A stretch of DNA of 64,000 nt, taken from contig DGHT01000058.1 of assembly GCA_002392765.1 (NCBI GenBank), positions 9,326-73,325 on the forward strand, read 5' to 3'. Positions within the stretch are counted from its first letter, which is position 1. Each line of letters begins with the position of its first letter. This document shows, one piece after another, positions 1-9,202 of the stretch. The notes below the pieces were generated by a model that did no database searches, was not told the origin of the DNA, and saw only the letters and a program-made list of their open reading frames with translations. The position numbers were made by a program, and so were the translations under genes. Source of the DNA: Verrucomicrobia bacterium UBA3841. GTDB taxonomy: Bacteria > Verrucomicrobiota > Kiritimatiellia > RFP12 > UBA1067.

Positions 1-789
1 AACAAGTGCGATCTCGTCGACGATCCCGAGATGCTCGACCTCGTCGAGATGGAAGTCCGCGAGCTTCTTTCCAAGTACGATTATGACGGCGACAACGCTC
101 CCGTGATCCGCGGCGCCGCCTATCCCGCCACGCAGGCCGCTTCCGCGGACGACGCCGCCTGCAAGTGCATCGACGAGCTCATGGACGCTCTCGACAGCTA
201 CATTCCCGAGCCGGTGCGCGAGCTCGACAAGCCGTTCCTCATGCCTATCGAGGACATCTTCTCGATCGAAGGCCGCGGCACGGTCGTCACCGGCCGTGTC
301 GAGCGCGGTGTCGTCAAGGTCGGCGACGAAGTCGAGATCGTCGGTCTCAAGCCGACGGCCAAGACCGCCGTCACGGGCGTCGAGATGTTCCGCAAGCTTC
401 TGGACCAGGGCCAGGCCGGCGACAACATCGGTACGCTTCTCCGCGGTACGAAGAAGGAAGATGTTGCCCGCGGCCAGGTTCTCGCGAAGCCGGGTTCTAT
501 CACCCCGCACACCGAGTTCAAGGGCCAGGTCTACGTCCTCACCAAGGAAGAGGGTGGCCGCCACACCGCGTTCATGAAGGGCTATCGTCCCCAGTTCTAC
601 ATCCGCACCACGGACGTGACGGGCGACATCCAGCTCCCCGAGGGCGTCGAGATGGTCATGCCTGGCGACAACGTCGAGATCACCGTCAAGCTGATCGCGC
701 CTGTCGCTCTTGAAGAGAAGATGCGTTTCGCAATCCGCGAAGGCGGCCGCACGGTCGGCGCCGGCACGGTTTCGACCGTCATCAAGTAA
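1..789 (+). CDS. tuf: Elongation factor Tu, C-terminal ~262 aa (5' end cut by window edge)
   Basis: Frame 1 is open from nt 1 ([23 protein letters not shown]...). EF-Tu domain 2/3 strings [13 protein letters not shown] and [20 protein letters not shown] are present, in the classic position upstream of rpmG-tRNATrp-secE-nusG. Confidence 0.97.
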   Translation, partial: NKCDLVDDPEMLDLVEMEVRELLSKYDYDGDNAPVIRGAAYPATQAASADDAACKCIDELMDALDSYIPEPVRELDKPFLMPIEDIFSIEGRGTVVTGRVERGVVKVGDEVEIVGLKPTAKTAVTGVEMFRKLLDQGQAGDNIGTLLRGTKKEDVARGQVLAKPGSITPHTEFKGQVYVLTKEEGGRHTAFMKGYRPQFYIRTTDVTGDIQLPEGVEMVMPGDNVEITVKLIAPVALEEKMRFAIREGGRTVGAGTVSTVIK

Positions 790-813
790 CAAAGATCAAG
801 TCTTCTGTGGGAT

Positions 814-863
814 ATCCGCCCGTCCTGCCCGGCCGAAGTGGTCGGCAGGGGCGGCGGGCGGAT
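814..863 (+). terminator. GC-rich stem-loop between tuf and rpmG (possible attenuator/terminator, no U-tract)
   Basis: ATCCGCCCG..CCTGCC pairs with GGCAGG..CGGGCGGAT (9 bp + 6 bp with an internal loop). It is followed by tctaaaa rather than a T-run. Confidence 0.3.
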
Positions 864-891
864 TCTAAAACGGAAGACGGAGGATTAGGAA

Positions 892-1047
892 ATGCGTGAA
901 CTTGCCATACTCGCCTGCTCGGAATGCAAGCGCAGGAACTACACGACTACGCGTAACAAAAAGACGATGGCGGACCGCCTCGAAAAGGTGAAATTCTGCC
1001 CCTCCTGCCGCAAGCGCACGGAGCACAAAGAGACGAAGTCGAAGTAG
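892..1047 (+). CDS. rpmG: 50S ribosomal protein L33
   Basis: 51-aa ORF absent from the supplied track: [51 protein letters not shown]. It has the CxxC...CxxC zinc-ribbon L33 pattern, a GGAGG upstream, and conserved tuf-rpmG-secE synteny. Confidence 0.9.
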   Translation: MRELAILACSECKRRNYTTTRNKKTMADRLEKVKFCPSCRKRTEHKETKSK

Positions 1048-1066
1048 GGGAGCACGTTCTTCAATT

Positions 1067-1141
1067 TAGGGTAGTAGCACAATGGCAGTGCAGCGGTCTC
1101 CAAAACCGCCTATGGGGGTTCGATTCCCTCCTACCCTGCCA
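1067..1141 (+). tRNA. trnW: tRNA-Trp (anticodon CCA)
   Basis: Acceptor AGGGTAG/CTACCCT, anticodon stem GCGGT/ACCGC with loop CTCCAAA, T-loop GGTTCGATTCC, encoded 3' CCA. This is the conserved location before secE. Confidence 0.93.
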
Positions 1142-1158
1142 GACCGGGAGAATATACA

Positions 1159-1368
1159 GTGGAAGCGTTGAAAAAGACATCCGAATACCTGAGCGGTGTC
1201 GGCGCGGAGGCCAAGCGCGTGACATGGCCCGCAAAGCGCGAGCTTTGGGAATCCACGCTCGTGGTGATCGCCTTCATTTTCATCCTGGCCATCGCTACCG
1301 GAGTGTGCGACAGGGTGATACAGTTCGTCCTGGATATTGTGAAAGCGTTGGGTACTTCCCATGGATAA
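1159..1368 (+). CDS. secE: Preprotein translocase subunit SecE
   Basis: 69 aa with a GTG start, a KRVTWP motif and a single C-terminal TM (STLVVIAFIFILAIATGVC). It overlaps the nusG start by 8 nt. Confidence 0.85.
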   Translation: MEALKKTSEYLSGVGAEAKRVTWPAKRELWESTLVVIAFIFILAIATGVCDRVIQFVLDIVKALGTSHG

Positions 1369-1969
1369 GCAGTGGTTCGTCCTTCATACCTTGACCGGGC
1401 AGGAAAACAAGGTGCAGAAGTCGATCGAGGCGCGCGTTCGCCTCGAGCGCATGGAGGATTACATCGGACGCTGCGTCATTCCGACAGAGCGCGTGAGCGA
1501 AAAGAAGGATGGGAAAAAGCGCACGGTCACAAGGAAATTCTTCCCCGGATACGTACTTTGCGAACTGGCGCTGTACGACAATGCCAAAGGCGTGGACGAC
1601 CGCGGCCGCAAAGCCATTTACGAGCGCACATGGCAATTTCTCAGGGAAACGCCCGGAGTGATCGGTTTCGTCGGCGGCGACAGGCCGCCGCCGCTCAAGC
1701 AGTCCGAACTGGACGCGATATTCCTCGACAAGCCGCAGGGCGGCGCGACGGTCGAGCGTCCGAAAGTGAATTTCTCCGTCGACGAGACGGTGAAGATAAT
1801 CGATGGCGCGTTCATGGGTTTGACGGGCCTCGTTTCAATGGTTGATCCCGACAAGGGCAAACTCAAGGTTGAAGTCAACATCTTCAACCGCAAGGTCAAG
1901 GTCGATGTCGAATACTACCAGGTGGAGAAGGTTTCCGTGCAGGAGGCTTTCGAACCTGCGCAGGAATAG
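1361..1969 (+). CDS. nusG: Transcription termination/antitermination factor NusG
   Basis: NGN start WFVLHTLTGQENKV and a C-terminal KOW region (VKIIDGAFMGLTGLV...GKLKVEVNIF), in secE-nusG-rplK synteny. Confidence 0.95.
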   Translation: MDKQWFVLHTLTGQENKVQKSIEARVRLERMEDYIGRCVIPTERVSEKKDGKKRTVTRKFFPGYVLCELALYDNAKGVDDRGRKAIYERTWQFLRETPGVIGFVGGDRPPPLKQSELDAIFLDKPQGGATVERPKVNFSVDETVKIIDGAFMGLTGLVSMVDPDKGKLKVEVNIFNRKVKVDVEYYQVEKVSVQEAFEPAQE

Positions 1970-2043
1970 ACTGAAGTCGGCGGTTCGCTATCACCGGGCA
2001 AGGATCCCCGGGAGAATGCGCCAAACGTAAAGGCAAGGCAAAA

Positions 2044-2469
2044 ATGGCCAAGAAGGTAACTGGCGTGGTAAAGCTCCAGATTCCGGCCGGCGCGGCGAAT
2101 CCCGCGCCTCCCGTGGGTCCCGCGCTCGGTTCTGCAGGTGTGAACATCATGCAGTTCTGCAAGGAGTTCAATGCGAAGACGGCTAAGGACGCCGGTCTCG
2201 TCATTCCCGTGATCATTACGGTCTACCAGGACCGCAGTTTCTCGCTCCAGTTCAAATCGCCGCCTGCGAGCGTTCTCCTCAAGAAGGAGGCGGGTCTGGC
2301 GAAGGGCAGCGGAGTGCCCAACAAGAACAAGGTCGGCAAGGTCACCAAGGCCCAGCTTCTCAAGATTGTAGAGATGAAGAAGGCCGATCTCAACACGGAC
2401 GATCCCGAACAGGCCGTCAAGATGATTGCAGGCACCGCCCGCAACATGGGAATCGAGGTGGTCGAATGA
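2044..2469 (+). CDS. rplK: 50S ribosomal protein L11
   Basis: [44 protein letters not shown] is a canonical L11 N-terminus. Confidence 0.97.
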   Translation: MAKKVTGVVKLQIPAGAANPAPPVGPALGSAGVNIMQFCKEFNAKTAKDAGLVIPVIITVYQDRSFSLQFKSPPASVLLKKEAGLAKGSGVPNKNKVGKVTKAQLLKIVEMKKADLNTDDPEQAVKMIAGTARNMGIEVVE

Positions 2470-3158
2470 AGCATGGCAAGAAATACCGCAGCGCGCTGAA
2501 GAAAGCGCCGCAGAAACCCGTCAGCGTCGAAGAGGCCGTCAAGTTCGTCAAGGCGAACGCCGGCGCGAAGTTCGACGAGACCGTCGACGTCTATTTCAGG
2601 CTCGGCAAGGAGCTGACCAAGGGCGATACCGCGGTCCGCGGCATCGTGAAGCTTCCCAACGGATCGGGCAAGACCGTCAAGGTGGCGGTGTTCGCGGGCG
2701 GCGACGCGGCCGAGGCTGCGAAAAACGCCGGCGCCGATTATGTTGGCATGGCCGACCTCGTCGAGAAGGTCTCGAAGGAGGGATGGTGCGATTTCGACGT
2801 TGCCATCGCAACGGTCGAAGCGATGAAGGAAGTCCGCAAGTGCGCCCGCGTGCTCGGTCCCCGCGGCCTCATGCCCAACCCCAAGACCGGCACGGTCACG
2901 GACGATACCGCGACGGCCGTCAAGGAGGCCAAGGGCGGCAAGGTCGATTTCCGCATGGACAAGACGGGCAACGTCGCGGTGGTGGCGGGCAAGCGCAGTT
3001 TCGAAGAGGCGGCGCTCGTCCAGAACATCAAGGCCGTGATCTCCGCAGTCCAGTCCGCGAAGCCGGCGACCGTCAAGGGCGTCTTCATCAAGTCAATGAG
3101 CATCTCCTCCACCATGGGAGTAGGCGTGCCCGTCATAACGGCGACGGACGCCGAATAA
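2466..3158 (+). CDS. rplA: 50S ribosomal protein L1
   Basis: 230 aa with 4-nt ATGA coupling to rplK. L1-like strings are [22 protein letters not shown] and [10 protein letters not shown]. Confidence 0.96.
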   Translation: MKHGKKYRSALKKAPQKPVSVEEAVKFVKANAGAKFDETVDVYFRLGKELTKGDTAVRGIVKLPNGSGKTVKVAVFAGGDAAEAAKNAGADYVGMADLVEKVSKEGWCDFDVAIATVEAMKEVRKCARVLGPRGLMPNPKTGTVTDDTATAVKEAKGGKVDFRMDKTGNVAVVAGKRSFEEAALVQNIKAVISAVQSAKPATVKGVFIKSMSISSTMGVGVPVITATDAE

Positions 3159-3176
3159 GAGGAAGGAGAAACGCAA

Positions 3177-3734
3177 ATGAGAATTGAAAAGATAGCCATT
3201 CTGGACGAAGTCGTTTCCCGCATCAAGGATTCCGACTACTGCTTCATCCTCAACTACGGCGGCGCCGGCGTTGCCAAGATGTCGAAGCTCCGCGCGGATC
3301 TGCGCAAGCTCGACAGCCGTCTGCTCGTGGTGAAGAACACCTACCTTGCGAAAGTCGCCAAGGAGAAAGGCTGGTCCGACGAGGTCAACTCCATGCTCTC
3401 CGGCCCGACTGCGGTCGTGACCGGCCACGGCGAGCCTACGGCCGTCGCAAAGGCGGTCATGGAATTCGTCAACGACAAGGATCTCTCGGGCAAGGCCTCC
3501 GTCAAGGGTGCCGACTACGACTCCAAGATCGTCGACGCGGCAATGGTCGAGGCCCTCTCCAAGGTTCCCGGCAAGGATCAGCTCAGGGCGACGCTCCTCA
3601 TGCTCCTCAAGGAGCCTGCGACGCGTCTTGCGCGCGTCCTCTCCGAGAAGGCGAAGAAGGGCCCCTCCTCCGCCGAGGCCGCGGAAGGCAAGGGCGACGC
3701 GGCTCCCGCAGCCGAGGCGCCTGCGCAAGCATAA
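3177..3734 (+). CDS. rplJ: 50S ribosomal protein L10 (with Ala/Glu-rich C-terminal tail)
   Basis: 185 aa, placed between rplA and rplL, with a GGAGA RBS. L10-like strings are LRADLRK....LLVVKNT and GPTAVV. Confidence 0.92.
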   Translation: MRIEKIAILDEVVSRIKDSDYCFILNYGGAGVAKMSKLRADLRKLDSRLLVVKNTYLAKVAKEKGWSDEVNSMLSGPTAVVTGHGEPTAVAKAVMEFVNDKDLSGKASVKGADYDSKIVDAAMVEALSKVPGKDQLRATLLMLLKEPATRLARVLSEKAKKGPSSAEAAEGKGDAAPAAEAPAQA

Positions 3735-3854
3735 AGGAAATGGCACGCTCCCGGAATTTCCGGAGATTCCGGATTTTCCGGGGGAGGTCGAAAAACCAAA
3801 AAATTTCCTTCAGATGAAAAACGCTGAAGGTTGAACTAAAAAGGAAAACAAAAA

Positions 3855-4220
3855 ATGACAAACGAAGAAATCATCAAGGAACTGTCGGGCAAGACCGTTC
3901 TCGAAATCAACGAACTCGTCAAGGCGCTCGAAGAGGCGTGGGGCGTTTCCGCCGCTGCGGCCGTCGCCGTCGCCGGACCTGCCGCCGGAGCCGCTCCCGC
4001 GGAAGAGAAGACCGAGTTCGACGTCATCCTCAAGGCCGCCGGTGCGAACAAGATCGCGGTCATCAAGGAGATCCGCGCCATTACCGGTCTCGGACTCAAG
4101 GATGCCAAGGACATGGTCGACGGCGCTCCCAAGAAGGTCAAGGAAGCCATCGCCAAGGAAGAGGCCGAGAAGATCGCCGAGCAGCTCAAGAAGGCTGGCG
4201 CGGAAGTCGAGGTCAAGTAA
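3855..4220 (+). CDS. rplL: 50S ribosomal protein L7/L12
   Basis: N-terminal dimerisation helix, an Ala/Pro hinge, then [32 protein letters not shown], which is canonical L12. Confidence 0.97.
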   Translation: MTNEEIIKELSGKTVLEINELVKALEEAWGVSAAAAVAVAGPAAGAAPAEEKTEFDVILKAAGANKIAVIKEIRAITGLGLKDAKDMVDGAPKKVKEAIAKEEAEKIAEQLKKAGAEVEVK

Positions 4221-4244
4221 TCCCGGTTTCCCGGAATCAGACAA

Positions 4245-4278
4245 AACGCCGTTCCCTCGAGGGCGGCGTTTTCTTTTT
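4245..4278 (+). terminator. Rho-independent terminator after rplL
   Basis: AACGCCG..CCCTCGAGGG..CGGCGTT stem followed by TTCTTTTT. Confidence 0.8.
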
Positions 4279-4335
4279 GCATCATGGGAAGCGAAATTGC
4301 GATTATCGCCGCGGCGGTGTCGTTCGCCGCCGCAG

Positions 4336-4365
4336 TTGCAATCCACCGCGCAATTTTGCTATAAT
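4336..4365 (+). promoter_or_regulatory. Sigma70-like promoter (TTGCAA-18 nt-TGCTATAAT) for the symporter gene
   Basis: Hexamers read directly. The -10 box ends 10 nt before the ATG at 4376 and no Shine-Dalgarno lies between, so the leader is very short or absent. Confidence 0.5.
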
Positions 4366-4375
4366 ACCGCCCGAC

Positions 4376-5563
4376 ATGTTTGAATTTTTCCGCAAATCGT
4401 CGATAGCAAGACTTTTGGCGGCGATGGTCGCCGGAGGTCTTGTCGGCGCCTTCGCCCCGGGGTGGGCGATCCGCGCGCTCAACTCGTTCGCCGGGACGTT
4501 TTCGCAGCTGGTGAAGTTCATCGTCCCGCTCATCATCTTCGGACTTGTCACGCCTGCCATAGCGGAAGCGGGACGCAGCGCGGGCAGGATGCTTCTTCTG
4601 ACCATCACTCTCGCGTACGCATCCACGATACTCTCCGGAGCGTTCGGGTTCTGTCTTGCGGATGCGGTATTCCCCCGCATTCTTTCCGGTTCGGTTGCCG
4701 CGGCGGAGTCGGCGAAGTCGTATCCGGCCTACTTCACGCTGGCGATCCCGCCCGCAATGGGCGTGGTGACGGCGATGGCGCTCGCCTTCGTATTCGGGCT
4801 TGCAATGTCCGCCATGGAATGTCCCGCTCTTACGCGAGGCTTTGCGGAACTGAAGAAAGTCGTCGCGCGGGCGATAGGCAAGGTGGTCGTTCCGCTGCTT
4901 CCGCCGTACATCCTGACCGTAGTCGCCGATCTCGCCGCGAGGGACGTGCTCGCGAAGGTCGGAGGGCCTGCGCTCAAGATAATGCTGACGGCAGTCGCCG
5001 CGACCTGGGCCGTGCTTGTCGCGCAGTTCTGCATTGCCGGGGCGATAGCGCGGAAAAATCCGTTCAAGGCGCTCGCGACCATGCTTCCGGCATACTTCAC
5101 GGGGCTTGGATGCTGCTCTTCCGCGGCCACTATACCGACCACCCTCCGTCAGGTCAGGGAGAACGGCGTTTCGGAAGAAACGGCCGACATGGTGGTTCCT
5201 CTTTGCGCGAACATACATCTTGCCGGAAGCATTGCCAAGATCGTGGTGTTCAGTGCGGGATTCCTGATGCTTGCCGGAGGCGGAATCGAAGCGGGCGCCT
5301 TCTTGAAATACGTCTTGATGCTCAGCGTCCTGGCCGTCGCCGCGCCCGGCGTTCCGGGCGGCATGGTCATTGCCGCCGCGCCGATCGCCGAGGCCGCGAT
5401 AGGACTCGATCCGGAGCACTATGCGATGCTCATGGCCGCGTATCTCTCGATAGACGGAGTTGGAACGGCGTGCAATCTTACGGGCGACGGCGCAATCGCG
5501 CTTATAGTGGACAGGGCCAAAGGGAAGCGCGAAAGCGAAAGCGGAAGCAGAAATATTGACTAA
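4376..5563 (+). CDS. Dicarboxylate/amino acid:cation symporter (DAACS family, SstT/GltP-like)
   Basis: 395 aa and polytopic. Family-like strings are GLGCCSSAATIPTTL, VPLCANIHLAGS and NLTGDGAIALIV. The start is taken at MFEFFRK, because the longer ORF from 3938 overlaps rplL. Confidence 0.8.
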   Translation: MFEFFRKSSIARLLAAMVAGGLVGAFAPGWAIRALNSFAGTFSQLVKFIVPLIIFGLVTPAIAEAGRSAGRMLLLTITLAYASTILSGAFGFCLADAVFPRILSGSVAAAESAKSYPAYFTLAIPPAMGVVTAMALAFVFGLAMSAMECPALTRGFAELKKVVARAIGKVVVPLLPPYILTVVADLAARDVLAKVGGPALKIMLTAVAATWAVLVAQFCIAGAIARKNPFKALATMLPAYFTGLGCCSSAATIPTTLRQVRENGVSEETADMVVPLCANIHLAGSIAKIVVFSAGFLMLAGGGIEAGAFLKYVLMLSVLAVAAPGVPGGMVIAAAPIAEAAIGLDPEHYAMLMAAYLSIDGVGTACNLTGDGAIALIVDRAKGKRESESGSRNID

Positions 5564-5584
5564 TTCCGTGCCGTTTGATATGCT
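5556..5584 (+). promoter_or_regulatory. Sigma70-like promoter (TTGACT-17 nt-TGATATGCT) upstream of galE
   Basis: Hexamers and spacing read directly from the sequence, about 80 nt upstream of the galE ATG. Confidence 0.45.
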
Positions 5585-5664
5585 ATTTGTCGGCAGGCGG
5601 GCCACTCGCCGGACCGGAGGAATGAACATCAAGATTCTAAAACAACAGAAAGGCATCGAAAAAA

Positions 5665-6702
5665 ATGAATATTCTCGTGACAGGCGGCGCCGGATTCATC
5701 GGCAGCCATACGGTGGTTGAACTCCTCCAGAGCGGACACGACGTCACAATCGTCGACAATCTGTGCAATTCGTCCGAGGTGTCGCTCGAGCGCGTGAAGC
5801 AGATAACGGGGAAGGCTCCCAAGTTCCGCAAAGTCGACATCCGCGACGCCAAGGCTCTCTGCGAGGTTCTCGAAAAGGACGGGCCTTTTTCGGCGGCCAT
5901 CCATTTCGCCGCGCTCAAGGCCGTCGGCGAATCGGTCAAGATACCTCTCAAGTACTACGAGAACAATCTCGGCGGAACGTTCACGCTCCTCAAGTGCCTT
6001 GCGGAGCACGGATGCAAGAACATCGTCTTCTCGTCGTCCGCGACCGTCTACGGCCAGCCGAAGTCGGTGCCGATCCGCGAGGATTTCCCGACGCCCGGAT
6101 GCACGAATCCGTACGGGTGGACCAAACTGATGATGGAGCAGGTGTTCAAGGACGTCCAGAAGTCCGATCCCGAATGGAACGTAATTCTTCTCAGATACTT
6201 CAACCCGATCGGGGCGCATCCGTCGGGGCTTATCGGCGAGGATCCGGCGGGCATTCCCAACAATCTTCTTCCGTACGTGGCGCAGGTGGCCGTGGGGCGG
6301 CTTCCGGAACTCAATGTGTTCGGCGACGACTATCCCACGGTGGACGGCACGGGCGTAAGAGACTACATCCACGTCGTCGACCTTGCGAAGGGCCATCTGA
6401 AGGCCATTGAGAAACTCGAAGCGAATCCCAAACTCGGACTCAAGATATACAATCTCGGCACGGGCAACGGATACTCGGTTCTACAGATCGTCAAAGCGTT
6501 CGAAAAGGCGTCGGGCAAACCCGTGCCGTACAAGATCCGTCCCCGCCGCGAAGGCGATATCGCCGAATGCTGGGCGGATCCGTCGCTCGCGCTCGCCGAA
6601 CTGGGCTGGAAGGCGGAACGCGGAATCGAGGAAATGTGCCGCGACGCATGGAACTGGCAGAAGAACAATCCTTACGGATTCAATCCTCCGGCGAAAGCTT
6701 GA
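5665..6702 (+). CDS. galE: UDP-glucose 4-epimerase
   Basis: ILVTGGAGFIGSH Rossmann motif, SSSATVYG, PYGWTK (YxxxK), full-length 345 aa. Confidence 0.93.
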   Translation: MNILVTGGAGFIGSHTVVELLQSGHDVTIVDNLCNSSEVSLERVKQITGKAPKFRKVDIRDAKALCEVLEKDGPFSAAIHFAALKAVGESVKIPLKYYENNLGGTFTLLKCLAEHGCKNIVFSSSATVYGQPKSVPIREDFPTPGCTNPYGWTKLMMEQVFKDVQKSDPEWNVILLRYFNPIGAHPSGLIGEDPAGIPNNLLPYVAQVAVGRLPELNVFGDDYPTVDGTGVRDYIHVVDLAKGHLKAIEKLEANPKLGLKIYNLGTGNGYSVLQIVKAFEKASGKPVPYKIRPRREGDIAECWADPSLALAELGWKAERGIEEMCRDAWNWQKNNPYGFNPPAKA

Positions 6703-7334
6703 TCACGCTTGAGGACATACTTGACGGATTAGAGGAAGCGCTTGCGCTCGAACGCGAACTCGGCGCAAGCGCCTTCGAGGTGGATCGTGCGCTGCTGGTC
6801 GCGCCGCCGGCGGCCGAGAAGCGGGAGAATCAGGAGCGGCCGGAGAAACCGGAAAAGCCGGAAATCCCCGAGGAACCGGGGAAACCGGATAAGCCGGAGC
6901 AACCGGAAAAGCCGAAGCTTCCGGAAAAACCGGAGATTCCGGCAGAGCCGGAAAAACCGGCGAGTCCGGTGCGCGGTGAATACGAGTTCGCGTTTCTTGC
7001 GGATGGCGTCCTCTCGCCGTCCGCAAGAGTGATGATGGAGAAGGTCGCCGCGTACATGGGCAAGACGCTGGAGACCGCGCCGCTGGTGTGCGACGGCGGA
7101 CTGCCGCACGCCAAAATTCATATTGTGCTCGGCTCTACCGCCCTGAAAAAGTGGTTCCCGGGGAAAAGGGCGGCTCCGGGGCAGTGGTTCGACGCGGGCG
7201 GCGGGGCGGAGGCGGTCGTGACAAGATCGCCGGACAGGGTGTTGAAGGCGACGACAAAAGAGACTTTGCTCGATTTGAAAAAGGAGATGCAGGCAGTGTT
7301 CAAAACGGTTTTGCAAAGGATCAAACAGAAATGA
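6699..7334 (+). CDS. Hypothetical protein: helical N-terminus, PEKPE-type proline-rich repeat linker, C-terminal uracil-DNA-glycosylase-superfamily-like domain (degenerate)
   Basis: The proposed TTG start overlaps the galE stop (cTTGA). The C-terminal part (FLADGVL...KIHIVLGSTALKKWFPG...AVVTRSPDRVLK) resembles the UDG family 4/5 fold but I cannot see the catalytic GEAPG-type motif. Start and function are uncertain. Confidence 0.4.
   Translation: MITLEDILDGLEEALALERELGASAFEVDRALLVAPPAAEKRENQERPEKPEKPEIPEEPGKPDKPEQPEKPKLPEKPEIPAEPEKPASPVRGEYEFAFLADGVLSPSARVMMEKVAAYMGKTLETAPLVCDGGLPHAKIHIVLGSTALKKWFPGKRAAPGQWFDAGGGAEAVVTRSPDRVLKATTKETLLDLKKEMQAVFKTVLQRIKQK
6836..6968 (+). repeat. Degenerate tandem repeat CCGGA(R)AARCCGGA encoding (P-E/D-K/E-P)n
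   Basis: Encodes ERPEKPEKPEIPEEPGKPDKPEQPEKPKLPEKPEIPAEPEKPASP. The nucleotide periodicity is visible directly. Confidence 0.85.
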
Positions 7335-8107
7335 TACAGGAAAATTGCAAAGTGGCGTCCCACGTCGCCATATCCGGCGGGTACAGCTATCTTTCCCTCG
7401 AAGCGCCGGGGATGGCCGCATCGGCAGCGCCGGGCCAGTTCGTGCACGTAAGGGTGCCCGGCCTCGAGGAGACCGCGATAAGGCGTCCGTTTTCGATATT
7501 CGACGCCAGGGACGGAATTTTGACGCTGCTGTACAAGAACGTCGGACGCGGAACGGCCGCCCTGTCGAAAATCGCGCCGGGGGATGCGGTCGACGTTCTC
7601 GGACCGCTCGGACACGGCTTCCCGCTGAAGTGTTCCGGGACGGCGCTTCTCGTCGGAGGCGGATTCGGCGTGGCACCGCTCTATTTTCTCGCGCGACGCC
7701 TGAAAGAGGCGGGACACGCGGACATCGTCCTGTTCGCCGGCGGAAGGACCGCGCAGGATTTGCTGGCTCTCGACAGATTCGAGGCCCTCGGGGTGGAAGC
7801 GCGCGTTGCGACGAACGACGGGTCGGCCGGTGCGCAGGGGCTTGTGACGGTTCCTCTCGACGGTTGCACGGCGCAGCTCTCGAAGGATGGCAAAGCGTTC
7901 GAGTTTTTCGCCTGCGGACCCGATCCGATGCTGAAGGCCGTAGCGTCCAGGGCGGTCGAATCGGGCGCGAAAGGGTGGATTTCGATGGATCGCCACATGG
8001 TATGCGGCGTCGGCGCGTGCTACGCGTGCATACAGAAGACGGTGCGCGGCAATTCGCGCTGCTGCATCGAGGGGCCGGTTTTCTCCGCGGCGGATCTTGT
8101 ATGGTGA
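7331..8107 (+). CDS. pyrK: Dihydroorotate dehydrogenase electron-transfer subunit-like FAD/NAD(P) oxidoreductase with C-terminal 2Fe-2S motif
   Basis: RRPFSI FAD motif, GPLG, LLVGGGFGVAP NAD motif, and a C-terminal CGVGACYAC...CCIEGPVF cluster. The ATG at 7331 overlaps the preceding stop. Confidence 0.78.
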   Translation: MIQENCKVASHVAISGGYSYLSLEAPGMAASAAPGQFVHVRVPGLEETAIRRPFSIFDARDGILTLLYKNVGRGTAALSKIAPGDAVDVLGPLGHGFPLKCSGTALLVGGGFGVAPLYFLARRLKEAGHADIVLFAGGRTAQDLLALDRFEALGVEARVATNDGSAGAQGLVTVPLDGCTAQLSKDGKAFEFFACGPDPMLKAVASRAVESGAKGWISMDRHMVCGVGACYACIQKTVRGNSRCCIEGPVFSAADLVW

Positions 8108-8120
8108 AAGGAAGTTTGCG

Positions 8121-8798
8121 ATGATCTATTTCGTGATAGCGATGGAGTGCGAAGCGCGCACCGTGATTGACAACATGAAAGACGCCGCAGCGGGGCGCGA
8201 GCACGGGTTCGACGTCGTGCGCGGGACGCTCTGCGGGACGCCTGTCGCCGTAGTGACGTCCGGAGTCGGCAAAGTGCCCGCCGCCGCGGCTGCGCAGATG
8301 GCGGTGGAGGCGGGCGCGGAGGCCGTTGTGAACGTCGGGGTCGCGGGCGGACTGCCGTCCGGAATGAAACCCGGCGACTTCTTCGAGGCGGACGCGGCGA
8401 TCCAGTACGATTTCGACCTTTCCGCGCTGACCGGCATGCCGGTCGGCACGCTCAACGGACGGACGGACCCCAGGCTGCCTCTCGACACGGTCGGACACTG
8501 CGCCGCGTGCACGGTCGCCACGGGCGACAGGTTCAACGACAGCCCGGAAGACCACGCATTGATAACGGACACGATGAAATGCGGCGTACGGGACATGGAA
8601 CTCGGCGCCGTCGCGCAGATTTGCGAGCGGAATTCCGTTCCGCTGTATTCCCTCAAATGCGTATCGGACGTCTACGGCAGCGGCGCCACGACAAGCCAGT
8701 TCGAAGAGAATCTGTCAATGTGCCTGAAGCGCCTGACGGCCGAAATCCCGGCTTATTTCGAAAAAGTGAAAGCGAAAAGGAGCCGCAAAGATGTCTGA
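8121..8798 (+). CDS. MTA/SAH nucleosidase-like (PNP_UDP_1 phosphorylase superfamily)
   Basis: MIYFVIAMECEA start, VVTSGVGKVPAAAAA, VNVGVAGGL, ATGDRF and MELGAVAQIC, which follow the MtnN/Pfs pattern. Confidence 0.72.
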   Translation: MIYFVIAMECEARTVIDNMKDAAAGREHGFDVVRGTLCGTPVAVVTSGVGKVPAAAAAQMAVEAGAEAVVNVGVAGGLPSGMKPGDFFEADAAIQYDFDLSALTGMPVGTLNGRTDPRLPLDTVGHCAACTVATGDRFNDSPEDHALITDTMKCGVRDMELGAVAQICERNSVPLYSLKCVSDVYGSGATTSQFEENLSMCLKRLTAEIPAYFEKVKAKRSRKDV

Positions 8799-9168
8799 AG
8801 AGCAGGAACGCGAAACGCAGGAATACCTTGCGCGCATCCGCCGGACGATAGCGGAATCCAACCGCGTCATGGAGGCGGCGAAGTTGCGCATGGACGAAAC
8901 GGACCGGATGCTCGAATCGCACGGACTCACGCGCGATCAGGTGCTGGGGATGCATTTCTCCCAGGCGCAGCGCGAGGCGGTCGACGGCGAATTGAGGCGG
9001 CGCGGAATGGAGCCGGTGGACTGGGAGGATGTGGACGGCGGTGCCGAAAGCGCGGACAATTCCGGCTATCCCGTCTTTCCGGACGCCAGCGACGCGCCCT
9101 CTTCCTCCGACGAACTGGCCGAGCGCCAGAGAAAATTCGGCATGATGATGAAACCTTTTCAGATTTGA
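8791..9168 (+). CDS. Small acidic helical protein, first gene of the translocon cluster (function unknown)
   Basis: 125 aa with an AAGGAG RBS. Its ATG overlaps the upstream stop by 8 nt. The N-terminus is helical and the C-terminus acidic and disordered, with no recognisable motif. Confidence 0.55.
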   Translation: MSEEQERETQEYLARIRRTIAESNRVMEAAKLRMDETDRMLESHGLTRDQVLGMHFSQAQREAVDGELRRRGMEPVDWEDVDGGAESADNSGYPVFPDASDAPSSSDELAERQRKFGMMMKPFQI

Positions 9169-9202
9169 AGTGTAATGATGTCAGAAAGAAAGGAGCAAGA
9201 CT

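Noticed and set aside
2426-3187. 253-aa ORF in an alternate frame of rplA, together with other Arg-rich same-strand alternate-frame ORFs (165..713, 1372..1845, 4462..5559, 5763..6410, 7345..8124, 14696..15574, 36273..36551 as an N-terminal extension, 36608..37513, 49875..51338, 51780..52850, 56313..57071, 60382..61389)
   Set aside because: They overlap genes with unambiguous family signatures in another frame. Their composition (R/G/P/A) is characteristic of off-frame translation of G+C-rich coding DNA.
3735-3854. Repeated ccggaatttccgg / ccggattttccgg palindromes and a CCTTCAG...CTGAAGG hairpin between rplJ and rplL as a specific regulatory element
   Set aside because: They are short and AT/GC-mixed and could arise by chance. 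A structured rplJ-rplL spacer is common. I cannot tie it to a defined motif, so it is not reported as a feature.
3836-5656. 606-aa minus-strand ORF, together with similar very long antisense or alternate-frame ORFs (6729..8555, 10609..12171, 13108..14382, 15953..17569, 18352..20157, 20335..21960, 28983..31103, 31100..33766, 34336..35829, 36531..37922, 47062..48264, 47849..49144, 51625..53412, 54189..55625, 59987..62419)
   Set aside because: All lie antisense to, or out of frame with, genes that have clear family signatures. Their products are Arg/Gly/Pro/Ala-rich low-complexity sequence typical of stop-codon-poor frames in high-G+C DNA. None has an RBS or a recognisable motif.
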